A stretch of DNA of 63,887 nt, the filler included, from Vicugna vicugna (lineage: Eukaryota): assembly GCA_013265495.1 (NCBI GenBank). It is 79 parts of 79 records of this genome, joined end to end, with 100 filler letters (N's around TTAATTAATTAA, not from the genome) between each part and the next. Parts side by side here need not be neighbours in the genome. Positions count along the whole stretch, not along the records: positions 37,595 to 38,394 come from PNXW01030702.1; positions 38,495 to 39,213 come from PNXW01030713.1; positions 39,314 to 39,855 come from PNXW01030714.1; positions 39,956 to 40,470 come from PNXW01030719.1; positions 40,571 to 41,077 come from PNXW01030720.1; positions 41,178 to 41,978 come from PNXW01030721.1; positions 42,079 to 42,791 come from MU063708.1; positions 42,892 to 43,587 come from PNXW01030724.1; 71 more parts are not named here. The stretch is one strand, 5' to 3'. How positions within the stretch are numbered: the first letter of the stretch is position 1; each line of letters begins with the position of its first letter. This document shows positions 37,595 through 50,057 of the stretch, one piece after another. The position numbers and the translations under genes were made by a program. The notes beneath the pieces are model-generated. The model was not told where the DNA came from, did no database searches, and saw only the letters and a list, made by a program, of their open reading frames with translations.

Positions 37595-38015
37595 GGACCT
37601 GAAGACCGTCATTCTAAGTGAAGTGGGGTGGAAAGAGAAGCAAAAATGAAATATGACTTCATTTATGGGGAATCTACAATTAATAGCAATAATAATAAGA
37701 CCATAAATGAACTAAATATTATTTTGATTTCTTGAATATATGTAAGCACATCTGACTGTCCTTTGTGATTGGATTACTATATTCTGTTTATTATTCTTTT
37801 GTAAATGTCCTTATTCCTCTGGTAACTGTAATTTTAAAAATCTAAAGATCTAATCTGTTCTTAGAAAGAGTAATTAGTACATATATGTAAACTAAAAAAA
37901 TGCAATACACTCAATACATGTATTTACATGCAATATGTGTATGTGAAGTTGAACTGTAATAATTCTACCTAATAAAACTGAAAAAGGAAAAAAATAAAAA
38001 ATTTATTTAAAAAAA
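37595..38015 (+). mobile_element. Degraded LINE-1 3' end with poly(A) tail
   Basis: GGACCTG.AG...ATTCTAAGTGAAGT...GGAATCTA...AAATGAACT, then AATAAA and an A-rich tail at ~37970-38015. Confidence 0.65.
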
Positions 38016-38199
38016 TCACCTCTCTTTAGATATTAAAACGTTCATTTCTGAGATTCTGTGAAAGACAGCATGGAAGTAGGTTTTTAAAATTTTCTCCTTG
38101 CTCCTCAGTGAGCAGCCTGAAGCCTGGGCTGCACAGCTTGGCCGTCACAGTCACCAGTGACTTGCTGGCTTGCTCCTCACTTGTTGGGAGGAAGATTAG

Positions 38200-38320
38200 C
38201 TGCTTCAGGAATATTTATGCTCTTAGAAGTTGCTGAAAACCCCACAGAGCTTCTGTTTACATGGAGTGTATCTGTCAATATACCCCATTTTAGAAATTAG
38301 AACAGAAAATTTAAACCCAA
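38200..38320. mobile_element. Charlie1-like hAT DNA transposon end
   Basis: CTCTTAGAAGTTGCTGAAAACCCCACAGAGCTTCTGTTTACATGG...TTAGAAATTAGAACAGAAAATTT; reverse-homologous to 60900-61010. Confidence 0.6.
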
Positions 38321-38494
38321 GAACTGACAAGCATTCGCTGATCCAGCATATGGTCAAAGCAGTGTTGCCACGGTGGCGTGTGTTGGTTCTAGAANNNNNN
38401 NNNNNNNNNNNNNNNNNNNNNNNNNNNNNNNNNNNNNNTTAATTAATTAANNNNNNNNNNNNNNNNNNNNNNNNNNNNNNNNNNNNNNNNNNNN

Positions 38495-39213
38495 CTATTG
38501 ACACCTGCACCTGAGTGTGCATTTGTGATAATGGGTGAAACTACAATGTCACGTCATCATCACCCAGAGCCCATAATTGATACTAGGATTTACACTTTGT
38601 GGTGTGCACTCTGTGGGTTTGGACAGATGTACAATGACATGTATCCACCATCACAGCATCATACAGAGTAGTCTGTCTTAGTGACCTTAAAATGCTCCGT
38701 GCTGCACCTCATTCATTGCTCCTTCCCCTCTAGCCTCTGACAGCCACTGATCTTTTAGTCTCTATGGTTTTCCCTTTCCCAGAACACCATACAGTTGGAA
38801 TCAGACAGTTGCAGAACCTTCCCAGATTGGCTTCTTTCACTTAGTAATATGCATATTTCCATGCCTTGATAACTCATTTCATTTTAGCACCAAATAATAG
38901 TCCATTTTCTGTCTGGACCACAGTTTATTCATTCACCTACTGAAGAAGAGCTTAGTTGCTTCTGAGTTCTGGTGATTATGAATAAAGCTGCTATTAACAT
39001 CTGTATGCAGATTTGTGTGTGGAAATAAGTTTCCATTTCGTTGAGTAAACACCGAGGAACACAGTTCCCGGATCATATGTTAGAAGTACGTTTAGTTTTG
39101 TAAAAAATTGCCAGACTGTCTTCCAAAGTATCTGGGCCATTTTACATTCCCACCAACAATACATGAGTATTCCTGATGCTCCACATCCTCACCAGCATTT
39201 GGTGCTGTCAGTG
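38495..39213 (-). mobile_element. Old LINE-1 (L1MC-like) 3' region
   Basis: GGGTTTGGACAGATGTACAATGACATGTATCCACCA, TTATGAATAAAGCTGCTATTAACATC and TTACATTCCCACCAACAAT motifs. Confidence 0.85.
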
Positions 39214-39313
39214 NNNNNNNNNNNNNNNNNNNNNNNNNNNNNNNNNNNNNNNNNNNNTTAATTAATTAANNNNNNNNNNNNNNNNNNNNNNNNNNNNNNN
39301 NNNNNNNNNNNNN

Positions 39314-39855
39314 CTATATTCTGTGTTCAACATTATATATTCTACAATGTATATTCTGAATTCTGTATTTTTATTATAAATTCTCTGCTCTGAATTCCAT
39401 GTTCTAAATTCTGGGTTCTGTATTCTGCATTTTATATTCTATATTCTATGTTCTACCTTCTACATTGTTTATTCTGTATTCTGCATTTTGTATTCTGTAT
39501 GCTACATTCTGTATGCTAAATTGTATATTCTGTATTCTGTACTCTATATTCTAAATTCTGTGTTCTTCATTCCATATTCTAAATACTGGGTTCTGTTTTC
39601 TATATTCTTAATTTTATATTCTGTTTTCTACGTTCTGTATTCAACATTTTATACTCTGAATTCTTTATTCTTTGTTCTGAATTCCATGTTCTATATTCTG
39701 GGTTCTGTGTTCTGTTTTCTATATACTAAATTCTGTGTCTACATTCTATTTTCTGTATTCTGTATTCTATAATCTGTATTCTGTATTCTATATTCTATCA
39801 TAAGTGTTTTATTTTGTATTCTACATTCTATATTCTGTGTTCTGTATTCTATATT
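39314..39855 (-). repeat. Satellite E (heptamer), diverged
   Basis: ATATTCT/GTATTCT/GTGTTCT periodicity. Confidence 0.9.
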
Positions 39856-40570
39856 NNNNNNNNNNNNNNNNNNNNNNNNNNNNNNNNNNNNNNNNNNNNT
39901 TAATTAATTAANNNNNNNNNNNNNNNNNNNNNNNNNNNNNNNNNNNNNNNNNNNNGCTTTTATTAAAATTATTCACCATAGTGAGAGTTTATTACATCAA
40001 ATTTTCCTTTATGTGAAACCCTTGTGCCTTGTCCCTCTCTTTCATATTATTTCCTGTGGAAAATTGAATCCTTCATTCAGGAAAATCCTGAGCAATATTT
40101 CTCATAGAAATCCGTCCTAAACTGCAACCCAAGAAAATGAAATTGACACTGAGCAGCCCGTGAAGCCGGCAGACACATGCAGTGCACTGTTGTGTTCCCG
40201 CCTCGAATTTCTGTAACCAGCAGGGAAATTTGTATCTCAAGAAATAGACATAACAGACATAAACAATTTTCAGGACCTGAGCACACAGTTTCCCTTTCAG
40301 GGTTTAGTGGGCTTCCATTTAATTCTATGAGAAATGTTTAAAACAACAGAACAACAGCTGAGATAGGGTTTAAAATAACTTTTATTTCAGTGAAAATAAA
40401 CCCAACTGACTGTTATCATTTTTAGTTTATTTGATCTCACTCTCTTACTTTACCTTCCCAACCTCCTCCANNNNNNNNNNNNNNNNNNNNNNNNNNNNNN
40501 NNNNNNNNNNNNNNTTAATTAATTAANNNNNNNNNNNNNNNNNNNNNNNNNNNNNNNNNNNNNNNNNNNN

Positions 40571-41077
40571 TCCCTAAAGGGAACACATTTGACCCATTCA
40601 TCTGGGTGGAGTGGGTATGCACAACTCCACCACACATAACAATGTTTTCCGGAATCCTGACTACAGGGAAGATGCTTCAACTGACAGCAGCGCCTGTGTT
40701 CTAATTGAATCCCTTTGCTTCTCTTCCATGATGGTACCCCTAGGCGGGAGTGCAGGGGAAAGTGTGGTTTGGGCTCCAAATCCAAGTATTTGTGTGAACC
40801 TGTCTATGGTAAGTGGAGGTGTTTAAACTACATCCCTAACCTGGGAACACCTGTGGCCCCATAAAATCCGTGGACTCAGTTTCCAGACCTCCAGCACACA
40901 CACGAACATGCACAGTTAAGAGTGGGCAGCCTCCTCCAACTGACAGCAGGGCCTGTGTTCTAATAAAATCGCTTAACTTGTCTTCCCTGTTTGGCTGTGT
41001 GATAAGGAATGCAGGCCAAAGTGGGGGTTGGACTCTAAAACCAAGTATTAGAGAGTGTTTCTCCATGGGAAGTGGAG
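40571..41077 (+). repeat. Satellite D
   Basis: 40716-41070 is collinear with 609-970. 40630-40660 (ACAATGTTTTCCGGAATCCTGA) is nearly identical to A. Confidence 0.88.
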
Positions 41078-42891
41078 NNNNNNNNNNNNNNNNNNNNNNN
41101 NNNNNNNNNNNNNNNNNNNNNTTAATTAATTAANNNNNNNNNNNNNNNNNNNNNNNNNNNNNNNNNNNNNNNNNNNNGTAAAAAAAAAGCAATAGATTTA
41201 TTTTGCTAATTAGGTTTAGAAGCTGACATTCTCTCTGCTGGAGTGGGTAATAATATGAAACTTTCAGCAGCCTTCTATGCTTTTACAAACACACACACAC
41301 ACACACCCAATAATATCTCAGGCTCATTATGGTCTATGACTTCATATGTCTTCCATAGAATAAAATTATCACAATATATATTCAGTCCCAAATTTTCTAT
41401 ATGAATAATTACAGATGGTTTATTTTTAAGAGATTGAAATGCTTTCAGAACTTTTTTCTGTATGGCTCTGGAAATTAACTGAACATTGAAAAATAGGTAG
41501 GATTTTGCCTATAGGAATGTTCTTACCATCAAAATAAAATGTTGCTGTTCTATATAAAAGTTAGGGGCTTGGACCCTGTATCCATATTTCTAGGGCTGCC
41601 AGGCTATACTCGGTGATCTCAGAAAATTGTCTCATATATTATCAGATCTCTCTGCAATTCTGTCATTTTTCAATAAGTTTGTTACATTCTAGCGAAGTAC
41701 CAGTAATTATATAATTGTTTTGAAAGACTCCATTTGTAAAATGTGGAAAATCTAATTAGAGGTTGGGGGACATGAAAATAATACTCAAAGGAATATGCAA
41801 ACAGGGAGTAAGAAACAGGGCGTTCATCCTTTTCACAGAAAAAGGCATAATTTAAGAAAAGGTGAGAATATTTAATGAAGAATTTGAATGCTATCCGGTG
41901 GAGGAGTGTCATTCACAGTTATAAGCATTGCAAATGGTGTTTGCAACTTTTAAGGAGAGAATTATTTAGAAGAATCACNNNNNNNNNNNNNNNNNNNNNN
42001 NNNNNNNNNNNNNNNNNNNNNNTTAATTAATTAANNNNNNNNNNNNNNNNNNNNNNNNNNNNNNNNNNNNNNNNNNNNAAATAATATCAGAAAACTCAGT
42101 GGATGAGAAATTATCAGGGCTAATAATCCGTCCTAAGCAGACGAAATATTGCAGAGGGACGCGTGAATTACTTTGAAGACATGGGAACAGAAATCCCTCG
42201 GTCAGAAGCACACATAGGAAAGCAAGTGCAAACCAATGAAAACATTGCTGTTGAATCCTGGTTGAAGACAAGGCATGAAAGACTAAAATTCGAAAGAGTC
42301 CCAGANNNNNNNNNNNNNNNNNNNNNNNNNNNNNNNNNNNNNNNNNNNNNNNNNNNNNNNNNNNNNNNNNNNNNNNNNNNNNNNNNNNNNNNNNNNNNNN
42401 NNNNNNNNNNNNNNNNNNNNNNNNNNNNNNNNNNNNNNNNNNNNNNNNNNNNNNNNNNNNNNNNNNNNNNNNNNNNNNNNNNNNNNNNNNNNNNNNNNNN
42501 NNNNNNNNNNNNNNNNNNNNNNNAACATAGTCAGAACCTCCAGAGTGGTTTCAGCTGCTATCTTAGCAGCAGTATTGCTGGACATCGAGGAGTGCCAGGA
42601 CATAGACCATAGCTTGAATGGCAAAATGCTGCCATCTAGGGTAGCCTATGCCACATGACCACCATTTCTAATAACAGCAGAGCTAGAGAATGCCACAGAC
42701 CAGCAAATCTTTAAAGAATTCAGCATTTCGAAACTTATCCTAAAGTAAGGTTGAGAATTCTCCCCTGATAGGATAAGCAGCAAGATGAAATNNNNNNNNN
42801 NNNNNNNNNNNNNNNNNNNNNNNNNNNNNNNNNNNTTAATTAATTAANNNNNNNNNNNNNNNNNNNNNNNNNNNNNNNNNNNNNNNNNNNN

Positions 42892-43035
42892 CCTGAAGCT
42901 AACAAAGCTAATCGTCCCCACTTTCAAGAGCCCCTGTCACCACTCTTTTTCTAATTTTCTATTTGTAACTTTGTTTTCTTTTTCTTAAATAGGAACCCCC
43001 AATTGCATAGCCTTCAAGTCACCAAAACCTGACCA
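42892..43035. mobile_element. Possible MER53-like hAT fossil
   Basis: GAAGCTAA.AAAGCT...TTTTCTTAAATAGGAACCCCCAATTGCATAGCCTTCAAGTCACCAAAACCTG. Confidence 0.4.
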
Positions 43036-44232
43036 TGGAAATAATGACAGCAGCACTCCCCAGTGAAACAATAAAATTAAAAGCCATATCCACAAGAACT
43101 CTGTGTAATTTTAATGGCAGGAACTTCATCCTGGACTGAGAGGAAGAGGACTGGGGAGGAGGGGGCCATCTGGGGCACACAGTCCCAGGGGCCACCTTTC
43201 CCATGATGGACTTTAGTCTCAACCCACACACTCCAGGAAATTCAAATTACACATAGACAGAGTGCTATGGACAAGATTTTTTTTTTTAAGAAACCCCTGA
43301 TTCTCTAACAGGTCAGGTTTCTACTGAGACACAAATGTCTTATGTGTATATTGTTTCAAAAAAGCCTAAAATAATATCACTCCAACTTGACACATGAAGA
43401 AACAGAGGAAAAGAGAGGTTTATCACATTGTTCAAGATTAGAGAGAGGCCACATCAGAGGCTGTATTTAAATCCAAGCCCCTGCTTCAGTTCTCACACTA
43501 GAAAGTGTGACATAATGCCCCCTCCCTGCAATAAATCTCTTTAGTCTTTTCTGTGCTACCTGGAAAGAACCAAAGTCACATTAACTTNNNNNNNNNNNNN
43601 NNNNNNNNNNNNNNNNNNNNNNNNNNNNNNNTTAATTAATTAANNNNNNNNNNNNNNNNNNNNNNNNNNNNNNNNNNNNNNNNNNNNGAAATGCCAACAT
43701 TGGCCAGTAGGTGTCATTGGGAGTAAAGGGCATCACATGCACAAGTATATACAAGGTTTGGGGTTATTTCATATTTCCAATAGTTATTTCATGGTTCCTG
43801 TTGTGTTCGGAGGCTTCAACCGTTAAGAGCTGACATGAACCCTTGAACAGTTTGGACTGCTAGTTTGCATTCTATCTGTCTAGGTTTTCCGTAGAGCTGA
43901 CACAATGTTACCAAAATTGACAAGTCTGGCTTCTAGGTCGATTGAGTGTGTTTTAAAAAATAACTTCATTTTCGTATAACTCCCAAAACATGTAAATGAA
44001 TTCTGTTAAAATTCATAAAGACTGCAAATGAGATATCAACACAATGTCAAAACAGGTGTCTTCGGACAATCCCTCCCACCACGGCTGTATAGAAACAAAG
44101 AGCTAAGCAAATATCACATTTCTGTGAAATGTGTCTGGATAGTGTTGATTCATCGATGCCCAGTTGGCAGAGAAGAAATGCAACCTGAACTCACTCGCTC
44201 CCATGTACAGAGCAATGGAAACAACCACTCAC

Positions 44233-44305
44233 CCAGCCCTTGGCACAGGACACTTGCCGAAGAGAAGTCTGTTACTTCCAGAGACAGGATGAGGCCTATG
44301 AACAC
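44233..44305 (-). other. Candidate 73-nt internal exon
   Basis: Minus strand: pyrimidine tract TTCCTGCATTGCATTCTCCTGCTTCCAG| ... TGG|GTGAGT. Confidence 0.45.
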
Positions 44306-44671
44306 CTGGAAGCAGGAGAATGCAATGCAGGAAATGGAAACCAGTGCAGGGTCTGACCCCTGGTGATGGAGCAACAAGTGTGAAACTCTGTTTAACTTGG
44401 ACGCACACTCTCAAGCGGACAGGAGACATGGGATAGAAGGTGATGTNNNNNNNNNNNNNNNNCTTGGCTGACAGAACTCAAAGTAACCAGCGCAAAATAT
44501 CCCCACAGTTGATTCTGAGTCTAAGATCCCAGCTGTCAAATTTGAGGTAGCAGAGGCAACGGTCAGTGAGGNNNNNNNNNNNNNNNNNNNNNNNNNNNNN
44601 NNNNNNNNNNNNNNNTTAATTAATTAANNNNNNNNNNNNNNNNNNNNNNNNNNNNNNNNNNNNNNNNNNNN

Positions 44672-45088
44672 CAAAAATCAGAAACAACACAAATAACTAT
44701 CACCTGATGAATGGGTTAACAGTGGGGCCCAGCCATACAGTGGAATATAATTCAGCAATAGCAAAGCATAGAGTACTGACCCAGGCCACAACGTGGACAA
44801 ACATTGAAAACGTTACTCAGTGTGAAAGAAGTCAGTCACAATAGACGGTTCCATTTACATGAAATGACTCATTTTACATGAAATGTCCAGTACAGGCAAA
44901 CCCACATAGAGAGAAGAGTGGCTGCCTGGGGCTGGGGGAAGATGGGGAAGTTGGGAATGACTGCTTGTGCATACTTGGGCTTCCTGNNNNNNNNNNNNNN
45001 NNNNNNNNNNNNNNNNNNNNNNNNNNNNNNNNNNNNNAGTAAAAAGTACATGATAATGGGTGAATTGTATTAAAACTGTTAAGGAAAA
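44672..45088 (+). mobile_element. Old LINE-1 (L1MB/ME-like) 3' end
   Basis: CCATACAGTGGAATATAATTCAGCAATA...GTGAAAGAAGTCAGTCACAA...ATGAAATGTCCAGTACAGGCAAA...GTGGCTGCCTGGGGCTGGGG. Confidence 0.8.
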
Positions 45089-45496
45089 AGCACCTCGGGC
45101 CAGTACCTTCAAATAGTAAATGCAAATTGCTAACTTTTAATACAGGAAGAAGAAACTGCCCTCAGCATGAAGGCAGAAGATCAACAAATGTGAGTTAACC
45201 AAAATTGGACAAGAGAAATTCACTTGAAACTGATGCTGAGTGTTCACGAAATATTCAGAAATAGGAAAATCAGTTTGACATCACCAAGAAGCCTTCTGCT
45301 TCAAATGCAGATCAAGGATTTAGCAAGCCCAGCTGCTAGAAATGTCCAGAGGAGAAACCTGGTTCTTAAAACAAGCACCAGAGGCAACAAGGAAAANNNN
45401 NNNNNNNNNNNNNNNNNNNNNNNNNNNNNNNNNNNNNNNNTTAATTAATTAANNNNNNNNNNNNNNNNNNNNNNNNNNNNNNNNNNNNNNNNNNNN

Positions 45497-46679
45497 ACTG
45501 GGATTGACTGCAAACCCCCCTTGCATTCCCTGGCACAGAGACAATATGAAACAACCTAGGGGAGTCGAGCTTAGGCAGTCAGTTAGAACCCACGCGCTGC
45601 CGACCGTTGGTGGAACCTCCCCACGCTCAGGATTCCGGAAGCATTGTCAGTGCGGGGGGAGGTCGAGAGACAACTCCACGCAGCTCTCTTCAGNNNNNNN
45701 NNNNNNNNNNNNNNNNNNNNNNNNNNNNNNNNNNNNNNNNNNNNNNNNNNNNNNNNNNNNNNNNNNNNNNNNNNNNNNNNNNNNNNNNNNNNNNNNNNNN
45801 NNNNNNNNNNNNNNNNNNNNNNNNNNNNNNNNNNNNNNNNNNNNNNNNNNNNNNNNNNNNNNNNNNNNNNNNNNNNNNNNNNNNNNNNNNNNNNNNNNNN
45901 NNNNNNNNNNNNNNNNNNNNNNNNNNNNNNNNACAGGTGTTCCCTGTTAGGGGGAATTCTTAGAAATACCTTCCCTGACCTTGGGGAGGCAGCTTCTGTC
46001 ACTGGGTTATCATGCAAACACCCGTAGCTTTCCTGGCACAGAGACATTAGGAAAAAACCCAGGGGAGACGAGCTTAGGCATTCCGTTAAAACTCACGCGC
46101 TGCCGACCGTTGGTGGAACCTCCCCACGCTCAGGATTCCGGAAACATTTTCAGTGCGTGGGGAGCACAAGAGACAACTCCACGAATCTCTCTCCAGTCAC
46201 AGGTGTTCCCTGAACGGTGAAGTCCGAGAAATACCTTACCTGACCTTGGGGAGGCAGCCTCTGACACTGGGATTGCCTGCAAATCCCACTAGCATTCCCT
46301 GGCACAGAGACATTAGGAAAATACCCAGGGGAGACGAGCTTCGGCGTTCCGTATGTACCCACGCGCTGCCGACCGTTGGTGGAACTTCCCCACGCTCAGA
46401 ATTCGGGAACAATTGTTCGTGCATGGAGGAGCTCGAGAGACAAATCCACCAAGCTCTCTTCAGTCACAGGTGTTCCCTGTTAGGGTTAATTGGGAGAAAT
46501 AACTTCCTTGACTTTGGGGAGGCAGCCTCTGTCCCTGGGATTGCCTGCAAACCCCCTTAGCATTCCCTGGCACAGAGACATTAGGAAAAAACGTAGGGGA
46601 GTCGAGCTTAGGCATTCCATTAGAACACACGTGTCTCCGAACTTTGGTGGATCCTCCCCACGCTGATGATTCCGGAACC
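45497..46679 (-). repeat. Satellite A, subfamily with GGGATTGCCTGC / GAGTCGAGC variants
   Basis: About 4 monomers; diagnostic variants shared with 49116-50057. Confidence 0.92.
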
Positions 46680-46779
46680 NNNNNNNNNNNNNNNNNNNNN
46701 NNNNNNNNNNNNNNNNNNNNNNNTTAATTAATTAANNNNNNNNNNNNNNNNNNNNNNNNNNNNNNNNNNNNNNNNNNNN

Positions 46780-47100
46780 CATTACCGACTGTCTCTCGGC
46801 CAAGACCTTCGAGAAGCTCAACGTGCAGATGAGCTGTATGGCACCGCACTTAATGACTCTCAGCTCTTGGTCTCTGTGCTGCATGGGGAGGTAACCGAGC
46901 AGCCACGCACCGACTTGTCCTTCAAACTACGAGGACTGCAGGGTGGTGGAGAAGAGGATCGAGGACTTCACTGAGTCACTCTAGATCTTGCCCAAGTCCA
47001 AGAGGCTGGATAGGACCCCTAAGAAGTCTGGGGACAAGATCCCCCTCCTCTGCATCCCGTTTGAGAAGGAGGACTTCATGGGACTGGACACAGACAGCAG
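46780..47100 (+). pseudogene. Degraded coding-like exon (parent gene not recognised) ending at a splice donor
   Basis: GC3-rich codons: ITDCLSAKTFEKLNVQM / LYGTALNDSQLLVSVLHGEVTEQPRTDLSF / [56 protein letters not shown]. Two frameshifts, TAG at 46982-46984, then CAG|GTAA. Confidence 0.55.
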
Positions 47101-47323
47101 GTAANNNNNNNNNNNNNNNNNNNNNNNNNNNNNNNNNNNNNNNNNNNNNNNNNNNNNNNNNNNNNNNNNNNNNNNNNNNNNNNNNNNNNNNNNNNNNNNN
47201 NNNNNAGCCCGCCAGTTTACAGACATTTCAAAGTGAATCTGCCTTTATTTCAGAGAGTTCCTTTTAGGGTTAGTGTGGACACTTAATCCCGCTTTTCAGC
47301 CAGGACCATGGTGGGACCCCTGG

Positions 47324-47655
47324 AGTTGCTGTCCAATAGATTAGCCACAGCCACTAATGCTAGGAGCACTGGGGAGGAGGCTGGTCTGAGTTGAGATGTG
47401 CTGTAGGTCAAATGCTCATCAGACTTTGAGGCTTGTTTAGTAAAAGTATATAAACTATCTCATCACTTCCTATATTGATTACATGTCAAAATGATACTAT
47501 TTTACATACAGTAGATTAAGTAAGATCTGTTCTTAAAATCAGTTTCTTGTATTTGTTTTTTGTTTGTTGGTTTGTTTCTTTGTTTACAGTTTTAAATGTG
47601 TCAACTGGGAAACTTCATTTACACGGCTCTCATTTCATTTCTGTTGGGCAGCCTG
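47324..47655. mobile_element. MER33/MER3-like hAT-Charlie MITE
   Basis: Terminal inverted repeats GCTGTCCAATAGA ... TCTGTTGGGCAGC, about 330 bp, internal TTGAGATGTGCTGTA and TATATTGATTACATG. Confidence 0.75.
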
Positions 47656-47964
47656 TCCTGAGACAGTCTTATCCCTTTGTTTATAGATGAGATGCTGAAT
47701 CCCGAGAGACAGAACGGGGTGCTGGTTGAGCTGAGGCTGGAGCCGGTGTCTCCTGACTCCGAGGCCCAGCACCTGTTCGTCTCAGGCCCTCTCTTCCTGC
47801 CCGACAGCCAGCATGCAACCTTAGGACATCAGAAACACTGCCAGGGACTTCCAAATGAACTCCTNNNNNNNNNNNNNNNNNNNNNNNNNNNNNNNNNNNN
47901 NNNNNNNNTTAATTAATTAANNNNNNNNNNNNNNNNNNNNNNNNNNNNNNNNNNNNNNNNNNNN

Positions 47965-48438
47965 CCGGCCGTGCACCCCCGCGCAGCTTCACACCCGACC
48001 TAGGCGTTCACAGCCGCGGCCTTGGCCTAGGAACCTCGACCCCCGCCAAGCCGCCCCGTCTTCTGCGCGCCAGGAACTGGGGCAGGGCCTGGCCGCTCTT
48101 GCTGGGGCTTTGCTCCCGCAGCTTCCAGGTCGGCCCTCGCTCAGCGCGGGGAGTCGGGGAGGGGCTCAGGGCGTGGGGGCCGCGCCCCTCCGGGGCCCTT
48201 CGTGACCCCCAGGACGGGAACTTGAGCCCCCGCCCCAGGGTGCACCCCTCGCGGCCTTCCCTTGAAGCCGCCAATTCCTTCAGATGTTCAAGGCGGTTGC
48301 GCCCATCTTCAGGAAGTAGGTTGGCAGGGGCATGTGTGCAGAAACCCGGGATCATCGTCTCATTTCGGCCCCTCGCTTGTGTTTCCCGCTGAAGGCTTAG
48401 CTTCAGCATCTTCTGAGGTGCCAGTGGTGCTCTCCTGA
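47965..48438. promoter_or_regulatory. CpG-island fragment
   Basis: Very high GC with many CpG, declining toward 48400. Confidence 0.55.
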
Positions 48439-48538
48439 NNNNNNNNNNNNNNNNNNNNNNNNNNNNNNNNNNNNNNNNNNNNTTAATTAATTAANNNNNN
48501 NNNNNNNNNNNNNNNNNNNNNNNNNNNNNNNNNNNNNN

Positions 48539-49015
48539 GTCTTTTTCAATTAGGGTTCCTTCTGGATATATGCCCAGGAGTAGAATTGATGGTTCATATG
48601 GGAGGTAAATTTATGTCTTTAGAGGAACATCTATACACTTTTCCACAATGGCTCCACCAAACTGTATCCCCACCACAGTGTAGGTGTGTTCCCAATTCTC
48701 CGCAGACTTTCCAGTATTTATTGTCAGTGAACTTCTGAATGATGGCTATTCTGACTGGTGAGAGGTGATACTTGAACATTTCTCTGATAATGATATTGAA
48801 TATTTTTTCATGTGGCTACTGGCCATTTGTACGTCTTCATTGGAGAAATGTTTCTTTAGGACTTCTGCCAATTTTTGAATTGAATTGTTTGTTTTTCTTA
48901 TTAAGTGTAAAAGCTGTGTACATATTCTGGGAATTAAGCCCCTAGCAGTTTCATTTATTCTAAATATTTTCCCCATTCCATAGGTTGGTTGTCTTTTTGT
49001 TTTGCTTACTGTTTC
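48539..49015 (-). mobile_element. LINE-1 ORF2 C-terminal (Cys-rich) fragment
   Basis: Minus strand GKIF...GLIPRI...KKHFSNEDVQMASSHMKKYS and YHLSPVRIAII...LHCGG motifs. Confidence 0.92.
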
Positions 49016-49115
49016 NNNNNNNNNNNNNNNNNNNNNNNNNNNNNNNNNNNNNNNNNNNNTTAATTAATTAANNNNNNNNNNNNNNNNNNNNNNNNNNNNN
49101 NNNNNNNNNNNNNNN

Positions 49116-50057
49116 GGAACACCTGTGACTGAAGAGAGCTACGTGGAGTTCTCTCTCGAGTTCCCCACACACTATCATTGGATCCGGAATCCTGAGCGTG
49201 GGGAGGTTCCACCAAATGTCGGCAGCGCGTGGGTTCTAATGGAATGCCTAAGCTCGACTCCCCTGGGTTTTTTCCTGATGTCCCTTTGCCAGGGAATGCT
49301 AGGGGGATTTGCAAGCAATCCCAGTGACAGAGGCTTCCTAACCAAGGTCAGGGAAGGTATATCTCAGAATTCCCCCTAACAGGGAACACCTCTGACTGAA
49401 GAGAGCTGCGTGGATTTGTCTCTCGAGCTCCCCACGCACTGACAATGGTTCCGTAATCCTGAGCGTGGGGAGGTTCCTCCAACGGTCGGCAGCGCGTGGG
49501 TTCTAACCGAATGCCTAAGCTCGACTCCCCTGTGTTTTTTCCTAATGTCTCTTTGCCAGGGAATGCTAAGAGGGTCTGCAGGCAATCCCAGTGACAGAGG
49601 CTGCCTCCCCAATATCAGGGAAGATATTTCTCAGAATTCCCCCTAACAGGGAACACCTGTGACTGAAGAGAGCTGCGTGGATTTGTCTCTCGAGCTCCCC
49701 ACGCACTGACAATGTTTCCGGAATCCTGAGCGTGAGGATGTTCCACCAACGGTCGGCAGCGCTTGGGTTCTAACGGAATGCCTTAGCTCGTTTCCCCTGG
49801 GTTTTTTCCTAATGTCTCTGTGGAAGGGAATGCTAGGGGGGATTGCAGGCAATCCCAGTGACAGAGGCTGCCTCCCCAATGTCAGGGAAGTTATTTCTCA
49901 GACTTCCCCGTTCAGGGAACACCTGCGACTGAAGAGAGCTGCGTGGAGTTGTCTCTCGAGCTCCCCCACGCACTGACAATGTTTCCGGAATCCTGAGCTT
50001 GGACATCTGCATTGCGTGGGTTCTAACGGAATGCCTAAGCTCGTCTCCCCTAAGGGT
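49116..50057 (+). repeat. Satellite A subfamily, about 3.5 monomers
   Basis: GAAGAGAGCT at 49131, 49398, 49665 and 49931. Confidence 0.95.
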
